Virus record (IMG/VR): IMGVR_UViG_3300045454_000142
Span: 1 to 38,911 of that record
Direction: 5' to 3' (one strand)
From: a virus
Taxonomy: Duplodnaviria; Caudoviricetes
DNA length: 38,911 nucleotides
Under the pieces are notes generated by a model, which saw only the letters and a program-made list of their open reading frames with translations, was not told the origin of the DNA and did not search any database. The stretch's first letter is position 1, and the number at the start of each line of letters is the position of its first letter. This document shows, in pieces, positions 1-7,931 of the stretch. Both the position numbers and the translations under genes were made by a program.

Positions 1-957
1 TCAGAACAGCCCCGCCGCCTCAGCATGTCTTTCTATCCGTCCTACCGCCAGGGCGGCATCAATAATAAACGCCTCGTCGACCACGCCCCGGAATCCAGCG
101 TTTGTATTAATCGGAGCAGCCTGGTCAGTGATGTTGGTTCGCCCAACAAAGTAGTAGACGTTCGTAGCGTAACCAGGGACATAGTCGACGTGACTCACCT
201 CATGCCCATCCAGGAAAAGAGTCGTCCGTGTGGTATCAATGACAGCGTGAGCAAGATGTCGTGTTGCGTCATTCACTGCCAAACCGCTGGAGAGGCGACG
301 GCTGGCTGATCCATCCCAGAACGTGAAATACAGGAGTCCATCGCTACCAAGCACAAAGGCTCTATCACGCGCGCCAGACACCGTATCTGGGGCGCTGTTG
401 GAATTGAGGCAAGTCAGCACGCCGGCCGGCGCAGCAGGGTCTGACTTGAATGCAATGCCATAGGTCTTATTTGTCAGACCAACCAGATAAGTTGATGACG
501 AGCGGATGAATGCTGCATCGGCATGAAGCGCGATTGCCTTGTTTGAGTCCTCGACCAAACCAGTCACACCAAGGGTGTACTGGCCAGTCGAACCAAACAG
601 TGTGGCACTACGCCCGTTGCCAGACTCGTCGGCAAGAGAAGTGCCCGAAAGCTCACCCAAACGCCACCAGAGGTACGGCATGTCAGCTGCCAGCTCGTCT
701 GCAAACGAAGAATCCACGCCCGGCGACGCGTTAATGGATACCTCTGTGCTCAATGCAGCAGATCCACCACGCACCAACGCGACCCGATAGTAGTAGGTCA
801 CGCCGGTCATAGTGGTGACGTCGTCGTAGCTGGAGACGCTATCGTCCAAGACAGCCAAAGGTGACGGCAGCGCGCCTGGATCTATGGGGGCGGTGCTGCG
901 ATAAACGATGTTGTTATCCCCGACACTGTTGTTCTGCCATGTCAGTCGTACACCCAT
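1..957 (-). CDS. Tail-associated putative receptor-binding protein: N-terminal Fn3-like domain plus LamG/concanavalin A-like domain
   Basis: VRLTW..VYRS..YDD..GVTYYYRV Fn3 pattern; WWRLGE..DESGNGR, HLAHAV..TLFLDG and FRGVVDE LamG pattern; follows the tail-tip gene. Confidence 0.8.
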   Translation of the reverse strand: MGVRLTWQNNSVGDNNIVYRSTAPIDPGALPSPLAVLDDSVSSYDDVTTMTGVTYYYRVALVRGGSAALSTEVSINASPGVDSSFADELAADMPYLWWRLGELSGTSLADESGNGRSATLFGSTGQYTLGVTGLVEDSNKAIALHADAAFIRSSSTYLVGLTNKTYGIAFKSDPAAPAGVLTCLNSNSAPDTVSGARDRAFVLGSDGLLYFTFWDGSASRRLSSGLAVNDATRHLAHAVIDTTRTTLFLDGHEVSHVDYVPGYATNVYYFVGRTNITDQAAPINTNAGFRGVVDEAFIIDAALAVGRIERHAEAAGLF

Positions 958-958
958 C

Positions 959-3166
959 TTAGGACTCCAAATACGCAGCAGTGAGGTCTGAGGGGGCTAC
1001 CAGCGGCTGCAGCAACGTGAACTGGCGGCTATGTCGTTGCAAACTCTCCAATCCACCCCGCACTGACCACAGCTCAGCGCGAACATCGCCTTCGTAGAGT
1101 GGAGAGAGGCTAACTGACGTGCCGGATATAGATGCCTGACTGGCAATAACCGCACCAGTGTCTACACGCACTATTCGGGCGCTGTATGTAGTTCCGGGCT
1201 CCGGGCCTATGCTGCCGAAATCCGTGTCAATTAACTGATCAGCCTGGGTAAGCCTATCTCGATGCGACCATGTAAATGAGATAGCCCCCTCGATTGAGGC
1301 TGGAGCAACCTGCCCATTGAGCTGGAAACGTCCAGGAGGGTATGGCCTGCCCTGACGCGCACCAAGGGTAATCGAATCAGTCGCCGCCAATCCCTCGGCC
1401 AACTGCCCTTCGCTCGTATTCGTCAACAGCCGTGCCTGGACGGTCACGCCGGAGGTGTACTCAGTCTCGTCCGCGCCCTCGAACCCGTCGTAGAACCAGA
1501 TCCGTGCGCCGGCCGCATGTTGTGCCGGCACGGTATCGGCGCAGCCACGGGCCAGGGTGACCTGGCTGGTGGTGAGGTTGATGGCATCTACCCGCACAAT
1601 CTCGTCATCGAGCAGCGCCGCTTGGCCAACGGTGACCTGGTCGAGATCGAGGGCGGTGGTCACCGTCACGACGGTCGGCCCAGCCGACACCGGCAGCGCC
1701 GATACCAGCAATGCAGTCGGGCACCAGTCCGCCGTGCCGCGATCTGTGAACGAGCCGCTGGTACCGGGGCGAGTCAGCAGGCTGTAGCTGAGTGAGAGCC
1801 CGCTGGGTCGGGCGGCCAGAGATGCAGCCCAGGCAGCGGTCACGTCGACCAGCTCCAGGTTGGCTTGGTCGATCAAGCCAGCCAGCTCGCGGTATGGCAC
1901 CTCCATCAGGCGCCGCAGGCTCGGGGCGTAGGGGGTGCGATCGGGCGGCACGTAGCCGCTCGGCGGTACCGCCACGAACGACGACGACGGCAGGCCGAAA
2001 ACATCCTGCAGGCAGGTGATGGTGATGGCGCCGTTGGCCAGAGTGCCGTCCTCGATGCGCCCGGCCCGCACAACAACCTCGGCGATGCCGCGCTTGAGTG
2101 AGCGAATGCGGAACGGATCCGCCGGGCCGATGTTCGCCCCCCTGCGATCCAGCTTGACCTTGTACTTGCGCAGGTTGCTGGCCTTGACCCGCATATCACG
2201 CTGCGCAACGCGAGCAGCCAGGTCGCCTGTAGGAATGCCCGGATAGCTCTTGGTCTCCGACGACGGCCCGCCCTGCAGCTGCGCGATCGCCTGGTTGACG
2301 GCCCTTGCCCGGCGGGTCTCGCCGGTGATCGCGTCGGTGTACTCGACGAACAGCTGGCTGGGCGCGATCAGCGCGCTACTGGTCTCGTCCTCCTCGATGC
2401 TGAGCAGTCCGCTGTCCTCGTCGAACAACGGCAGGTCCGCAACGGTGTAGTCGTCGCGGATCAGCTTGAGGGTGATCAGGCCAGAGTTACGGTCAGGCCC
2501 GCAGTAGGCGCCAATGTGGTCGGTGATCTGATCGCGGAAGTCGGCCAGCGACCCGGAAGAGCGTTTCCAGCCCAGGCACAGACCGAAGCCTTCATTGAAC
2601 AGCTTCAGCGCCGCAGCCCGGAATGCAGCGTCATCTAGCATGGAACGATCGACACCCAGGCCATTTTCCCGGTTGGTGTACACCTCATAGAGGATGTGCG
2701 CCGGGTTCATCGCCCGTACCTGGCCACCCGCCAGGTTGATGGCGCAGGTCTCCGGGTACCACACCGCGCCGTCCCAGCCGTTCATGCGGCGATAGCGCAG
2801 TAGCTCCCAGGGCTTGGGGTACGGGTTGATCGAGGTCACCTGGCCGGAATAGAAGAAGCCGGCAAAGCCACGGAAGTTCGGCACCAGCCCGCCACCCAAG
2901 GCTGCAGCCAGGCTGGCGTTAAGCGGCTGAGCCTCGTCACCCATCATCAGGTCGAAGCGGCCCTGTATGCCGCCTTCACCCTTGTCGCCGCCGAACAGGT
3001 TGGGGGCGTTGATGGTGATGGTCTGGCTGGTGGTGGCGTTGCCCGACCACGCGACCTTACCGCTGGCGCGGATCTGCAGCAGGCCGTCAATCGCCTTGGC
3101 GATCGCACCGTGAATATCGAAGCTGTAGCGGAAACCGACTGTTTGCGCTTTAGGCTTGGCTCCCAT
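959..3166 (-). CDS. Large tail-tip / central fibre attachment protein (J-like)
   Basis: 735 aa; LFGGDKGEGG, MNPAHILYE and LKLIRDDY motifs typical of Pseudomonas transposable siphophage tail proteins; synteny. Confidence 0.85.
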   Translation of the reverse strand: MGAKPKAQTVGFRYSFDIHGAIAKAIDGLLQIRASGKVAWSGNATTSQTITINAPNLFGGDKGEGGIQGRFDLMMGDEAQPLNASLAAALGGGLVPNFRGFAGFFYSGQVTSINPYPKPWELLRYRRMNGWDGAVWYPETCAINLAGGQVRAMNPAHILYEVYTNRENGLGVDRSMLDDAAFRAAALKLFNEGFGLCLGWKRSSGSLADFRDQITDHIGAYCGPDRNSGLITLKLIRDDYTVADLPLFDEDSGLLSIEEDETSSALIAPSQLFVEYTDAITGETRRARAVNQAIAQLQGGPSSETKSYPGIPTGDLAARVAQRDMRVKASNLRKYKVKLDRRGANIGPADPFRIRSLKRGIAEVVVRAGRIEDGTLANGAITITCLQDVFGLPSSSFVAVPPSGYVPPDRTPYAPSLRRLMEVPYRELAGLIDQANLELVDVTAAWAASLAARPSGLSLSYSLLTRPGTSGSFTDRGTADWCPTALLVSALPVSAGPTVVTVTTALDLDQVTVGQAALLDDEIVRVDAINLTTSQVTLARGCADTVPAQHAAGARIWFYDGFEGADETEYTSGVTVQARLLTNTSEGQLAEGLAATDSITLGARQGRPYPPGRFQLNGQVAPASIEGAISFTWSHRDRLTQADQLIDTDFGSIGPEPGTTYSARIVRVDTGAVIASQASISGTSVSLSPLYEGDVRAELWSVRGGLESLQRHSRQFTLLQPLVAPSDLTAAYLES

Positions 3167-3392
3167 CGCGGGCCTCCTCTACGGCTCTTGCATGCGCCAC
3201 CAGGTGAATGGCGAGGGCGTTATCAGTCGCCAGCAGCACCTCGGCATCAATGCCCTCTTGCACGAACTTCAGCCAGTCAAGGCCATGCTCAGCGAAGAAC
3301 GCCCGGGACTGCTTGGCGCAGTAGCCAGTCCGGGTTGTCCAGGTCGGCACCGTATGCAGGTGCTGGATGGTGACGATCAGCCGGTCGCTCAC
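3150..3392 (-). CDS. Small tail assembly protein (80 aa, GTG start)
   Basis: GYC..SRAFFAEHGLDWLKFVQEGI motif; GTG overlaps the stop of the upstream gene. Confidence 0.75.
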   Translation of the reverse strand: MSDRLIVTIQHLHTVPTWTTRTGYCAKQSRAFFAEHGLDWLKFVQEGIDAEVLLATDNALAIHLVAHARAVEEARDGSQA

Positions 3393-3619
3393 TTCTTGCT
3401 CCCTTTCACCTTGATTGCCTGGCTGCGCTGATTGCGCACAGACAGCACCATCCAGTCCTTCGCCCACACCTGGCCGAAGATCCACTCCTTCTCTGTACCT
3501 TCATCGCACCGGGGGAAGTCGAAGTCCTGGAAGAAGGCCGGCTTGGGCTTCTTTGGCTTGGGCGCGGTAGCCTGGTTGATGAGAAACGACGCCACCAAAA
3601 TCGCAATCTGCACCCACAT
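3389..3619 (-). CDS. Small tail assembly protein (76 aa, hydrophobic N-terminus)
   Basis: MWVQIAILVAS..PKPKKPKP..DFDFP..EG..IFG pattern; tight packing with neighbours. Confidence 0.75.
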   Translation of the reverse strand: MWVQIAILVASFLINQATAPKPKKPKPAFFQDFDFPRCDEGTEKEWIFGQVWAKDWMVLSVRNQRSQAIKVKGSKK

Positions 3620-3620
3620 G

Positions 3621-4442
3621 TCAAAACACCTGCTCGCCGTCGAAGGGGGATTTGCCGTCCATCTGCGGTGTCGCCCGCATGTTGGCCAGGTTGTTGAACT
3701 TGGTGTGGCAGGTAGTGGCGAGGAAGTCGCAGCCTGGGTACACACGAATCGCCCGGCCGAGGCCGAGTGCTACGGTGCCGCCCAGCAAAGTCAGCACGCC
3801 GCCGACATGCTGCTCGATGGTGCGCCTGTCGTATTCGCCCTGGCCAATCGGCCACTCGACCCACCCGCCGGTGAACCAGCCGTCTGGGTAGGCAGCTACT
3901 CCAGAACTACTGATTGTGGCCCCGGTCATGGCCTGAATGGTGGTGTCGACGCGCAGCGGATTGAGATCGACCTTGCACCAGGGCGAACCGAGGTAGGTGG
4001 TGCAGGTGCGGCTGAACGTATCGACGAGGCCAGGCCGGTCCATCTCGGCGTCGATGTCCTGGCAGGTGATGGTGCAGCGGTCCAGCTCGGGCCAGCGCAC
4101 GCTCGCGATACTGCCGGTATAGCGCCACTTCCGCTCGGTCTCGCCGTAGTGGCCGTCATAAATGATCAGCCCGATCTTCGAGCTGGGGATGCTGTTGCGA
4201 AACGGCTCGGCGACCTCGATGTCGGCCGGCGCGGTAATCACGAGCGAATCCTGCTTGGCCATGCCGCTCTGTCGAATGCCGTTGTCACTGATGCCGCCGC
4301 GCACCGTGCGGAACACCTGGGTACCCACGGCCACGTCACGGTCGCAGCTGATATACAGCCAGCGCATCACGCCTCGGCGGAACTCGTAGAAGCGAATCGG
4401 CGCACCGGCCGCGAGCGAGTTCTCACGGCTGCTAAAACTCAT
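3621..4442 (-). CDS. DUF2163/BR0599-family tail hub protein with Cys cluster
   Basis: SRTC...PWC and YPGCD...TCHTKFNN motifs; ATG at 4442. Confidence 0.85.
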   Translation of the reverse strand: MSFSSRENSLAAGAPIRFYEFRRGVMRWLYISCDRDVAVGTQVFRTVRGGISDNGIRQSGMAKQDSLVITAPADIEVAEPFRNSIPSSKIGLIIYDGHYGETERKWRYTGSIASVRWPELDRCTITCQDIDAEMDRPGLVDTFSRTCTTYLGSPWCKVDLNPLRVDTTIQAMTGATISSSGVAAYPDGWFTGGWVEWPIGQGEYDRRTIEQHVGGVLTLLGGTVALGLGRAIRVYPGCDFLATTCHTKFNNLANMRATPQMDGKSPFDGEQVF

Positions 4443-6138
4443 CGTCGCGCTCCTCTTTGAATGCCGTTGCCCAGGCGGCAACGCCTTCGCTGTCAGTCAT
4501 GTGCTGGATGCGCTGCACGTCGCTCTCGAAGCGCATCAGGTTCATCCAGCTGATGCGGGCGACCTGGTGCGGCTGCACCTCGATGCCCAGGGCGCTATCG
4601 AGCGCCAGGCGTTCGACCTGACTGTCGATCTCGGTCGAGCCGATGATGCGGCGCATACGCACGGTGCCGTCCCACAGCTCGATGCGGATATCCCGCCGCC
4701 CGGCCTTGCCGGCGCTGAAGCGGGTGTAGCCGATGTTGGCGATATCCATCGTGGTGGCCACCGACGAGACAGTGGCAACGAGAGTCAGGTCATCCATATG
4801 GCTCGGCACCCACACCGCCTGCTGCCTGCCGTGCATGCCATAGATGAAGGATCGAACCAACGCTCGCGCCGAGCGCCCCAGGTCGACGTGACGCTGGCCC
4901 AGCACCTGCAGCGCACGCCTGGCTGTGTCAGTGATCAGCGGCTGGGCGAAGCCGCTGTCTAGCGTTTTGCGCAGCCGGTCGGCAGCATGGGTCAGGTCCT
5001 CAGTCTCATCCGGTCGGCGCGCCCATACTGGGTAGCCTCTATATAAGGTGGCGGGCAGCCATTCGGGCCAATCCGACGGCTCGACCACCAGGAAGCGAAC
5101 TTCGGCCTCGATGAGCCGATCGGTGAGCTTGCGCTGAGTCGGCTCCTCAAGCAGCTGGGCAGCGCGAGCGGGATACAGGCGCGAGCCAGCCGGCCAGGGC
5201 TGCTGTGTGTTGCGCTTGAGCTGCAGCCCGTCGCTGAGGACGTCGAGGATCTCGACCGTCTCACTGGTAAAGGCGTCCTCACCGCGCAGCATCGCCAAGC
5301 CGCCGGCGCGGAAGTCCAGGAATTGAGTGCTGCAGGGAATGAACGCAGCACCGGCGGCAACACCCACCTGCAGCAGCTGGATATCGGGCCAGATCGGGAT
5401 CGACCACACTCGATCGCTCCAACCGAACAGGGCGAGATCGAGCAGTTGCCGCTCACGCCCTTCGGCATACATTGGCCCGGTGAACTCGCGGCGCAGAGCG
5501 AGCCGCAGGCGGCGCCGCTGGCTGGCTGCCGACTCGCTCTGCAGCACGTCAGTCAGTGCCGAGAGCACCTCGTCGATGCCATCACCCCAGTCGGGCACGA
5601 ATGTCCATGCAATTACGCGGTTGGCGGTGACACGTACGCCTGCAGCGTCACCGTTATCGAATTGCCACTCCACAACCGTATCCACGGAAGGCTGGCCGGT
5701 CGGGGTGACCGTCAGTTCGAAGAGCAACTCTTTCAGCGCAGGGAACAATAGCGGCGCATCAGGCTGACCGGTGACCTGCAAGCCCTCGTCCAAGCCGGCA
5801 ATCGATACCAGAGTGCGGGGTTCGAGATAGGCGTTCCAGACATAGACTGGGCTGGTCTGGGTAGACACGACATTTCCGAGAGCCAGCAGCGCTGGGGTGA
5901 TATGCACGCGATTGTAGTAGTCCGCGAAGTAGCCCCCCATCCCCACCGCATCAATCGCTCTGGGTACGGTCGAGACTGGTAGCTGGCTGGACGAGGTGCC
6001 GATCAGAGTAGTTGGGCCCAAGCTGGCGCCGGCAGGCCAACCGGTGATGCCTGCGAACAGCTCGAGATCGTCAGACAGGTGCGGGTTAACGTCAGGCAAC
6101 CAGGCATGCTGGCTGATGAAGCCATTCAGCGCGGCCAC
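4432..6138 (-). CDS. Tail structural protein (distal-tail-like, 568 aa)
   Basis: Synteny between tape measure and hub; DYYNRVHITP..LGNVVS motif. Confidence 0.7.
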   Translation of the reverse strand: MAALNGFISQHAWLPDVNPHLSDDLELFAGITGWPAGASLGPTTLIGTSSSQLPVSTVPRAIDAVGMGGYFADYYNRVHITPALLALGNVVSTQTSPVYVWNAYLEPRTLVSIAGLDEGLQVTGQPDAPLLFPALKELLFELTVTPTGQPSVDTVVEWQFDNGDAAGVRVTANRVIAWTFVPDWGDGIDEVLSALTDVLQSESAASQRRRLRLALRREFTGPMYAEGRERQLLDLALFGWSDRVWSIPIWPDIQLLQVGVAAGAAFIPCSTQFLDFRAGGLAMLRGEDAFTSETVEILDVLSDGLQLKRNTQQPWPAGSRLYPARAAQLLEEPTQRKLTDRLIEAEVRFLVVEPSDWPEWLPATLYRGYPVWARRPDETEDLTHAADRLRKTLDSGFAQPLITDTARRALQVLGQRHVDLGRSARALVRSFIYGMHGRQQAVWVPSHMDDLTLVATVSSVATTMDIANIGYTRFSAGKAGRRDIRIELWDGTVRMRRIIGSTEIDSQVERLALDSALGIEVQPHQVARISWMNLMRFESDVQRIQHMTDSEGVAAWATAFKEERDDEF

Positions 6139-6140
6139 AA

Positions 6141-7088
6141 TCAGCCTCCGTCGTACCGGATAGCCAAACCAAACGTGCCGCTGTGATCAATGCCGTTACC
6201 ACCGGATCGTTCGGCACTGTTCTTGCGGTACCACGGATAGACACGCCACTGATCCTCTCCGAGAGAGAACACCTCGCCGGGGTCGTAGTTGTCGATGCGA
6301 ATGTACCGGGAATGACCCAGCTCGCCGATCAGTGCGGTCTTGCTCTCCGGCATCGCGAGAATAGGCTGGATTGGAATCAGGATCGCTTCCTGGTTCCATG
6401 CGCTGGGGCTGCGCGATATGGACGGTATGGCCGCGACAACGGCGGGAGTCAGAACGCCCCACGTGCCGCCATTGAGACCGTGATGGAACGATGAGGTCGC
6501 ACACTTTGGTTGCACCGCACTCGCGGTGCCATCGGTGTTCCAAAACAATGCCGTCGAAGGCCCATCCTGGTTCCCACCGCCACCGGTCGTGGCCGTAATC
6601 ACCACGAATGGCCATCGTTCATGACCGAACTGGTACCGCCCCTCGCTCGGCACACCGAACGTACCACCGGCCCAGTTTCCCGTTCCTGGCAGGCCGTCGA
6701 TGCCACTTTGACCGAATGCCAGCCACTGCCAGTAGTCCACGCCGTAATTAACGAACATATAGACTTCGTCAGGGTCGCTCAGCACATGAATCGAATAGCT
6801 GGCAGGCCAAGTGATGCCGTGAGCAGTATTGGCAACGGTGTTGCCAATGGCATGCCCCACCGTAGCCCGCCCAGTCAACGCGCCGGCGCTTTCTCCATTT
6901 CCTGCTACGCAGCGCAACACGACCTGAGTTGAACTCCCTACCCCCACATTGACCACACTAATCTCAACATGGCAGCCATTTCGGCTGAAGATAGAACCGG
7001 ATTGGGCCCATCCGCCTGATAACAGTGCGCCTGCCAAGGCTGAAAGCAGCCCTGCTAGGTCGGTTGCTGCACCACTGAAAAAGGCCAT
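6141..7088 (-). CDS. Virion structural (tail) protein
   Basis: 315 aa; synteny; C-terminus resembles that of 7088..7930. Confidence 0.65.
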   Translation of the reverse strand: MAFFSGAATDLAGLLSALAGALLSGGWAQSGSIFSRNGCHVEISVVNVGVGSSTQVVLRCVAGNGESAGALTGRATVGHAIGNTVANTAHGITWPASYSIHVLSDPDEVYMFVNYGVDYWQWLAFGQSGIDGLPGTGNWAGGTFGVPSEGRYQFGHERWPFVVITATTGGGGNQDGPSTALFWNTDGTASAVQPKCATSSFHHGLNGGTWGVLTPAVVAAIPSISRSPSAWNQEAILIPIQPILAMPESKTALIGELGHSRYIRIDNYDPGEVFSLGEDQWRVYPWYRKNSAERSGGNGIDHSGTFGLAIRYDGG

Positions 7089-7930
7089 CAGTTGTCCATC
7101 CTCAAGGCGATGTAATCATTGAATCCGGTGCGCCCGACGTCCTGCAGAACGATCCACGTAGAGTCGCCGATGACAACGGTATTCTCGGTCGCGTTGTTAA
7201 AACCGCTGATATGCAGCACGCCATCCAACACGCCGTAGATGCCATTGGCGTCACTCAGCTCTATGCGAGTCAGCGGATAGCGGGTGTTCGTGTCACGTAG
7301 CTGGGCTGTCGCCCCTGCCATGTTGGCGTTGTTCCACGGGTAGCACTCAGGCTGCTTCCATACGCCATCGTTGAATCGCTGCCGCATATTCGAGCGCGCC
7401 CCCTTGTAGGGCATTGAGTGAGTGGTCTCTGAGAATCGAGTAGCTGCTGCCCCATCCAGCATGCCGGCGCTGATAACCGGGTATGGGTACTGACTGGGTC
7501 TGGCATATGGCAGGAACTTGCCGACATATGCATGCTCGTAGACTGGCGTTCCCACCTTCATTCCGAGCGCAATGCGCTGTGGATTCAGGGTCAGCCAATA
7601 GTCGATGCGGTTGTTGTGCGCCGGAACGCCGGAAAGCATGGCGCCCGGCTGGGTATCGAAGCTGCTGCTGGCGACGTAGCCGGTGAACGCGGCCGCGACG
7701 AGGTTGTAGTAGTCGGCATCAGCGTTCTGGTACGTGCGGAACCCCACGAAAATCTCCTCTTCGCCGGTGTAGCCCGCGCCCTTGAGGATCAACTCGCGGT
7801 TGGCCGGGGCGGTGTTGTAGCGCAGCACCGTCCAGCCGTTCGCCGCCGCGAAGTCGCGGATGGTCTCCAGCATCTTGTAGTGGGCGAGCACACCGCCCGA
7901 GTTGTCGACGAAGCCGATCTGATGAGGCAT
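7088..7930 (-). CDS. Virion structural (tail) protein
   Basis: 280 aa directly after tape measure; FLPYARPSQYPYP motif. Confidence 0.7.
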   Translation of the reverse strand: MPHQIGFVDNSGGVLAHYKMLETIRDFAAANGWTVLRYNTAPANRELILKGAGYTGEEEIFVGFRTYQNADADYYNLVAAAFTGYVASSSFDTQPGAMLSGVPAHNNRIDYWLTLNPQRIALGMKVGTPVYEHAYVGKFLPYARPSQYPYPVISAGMLDGAAATRFSETTHSMPYKGARSNMRQRFNDGVWKQPECYPWNNANMAGATAQLRDTNTRYPLTRIELSDANGIYGVLDGVLHISGFNNATENTVVIGDSTWIVLQDVGRTGFNDYIALRMDN

Positions 7931-7931
7931 G

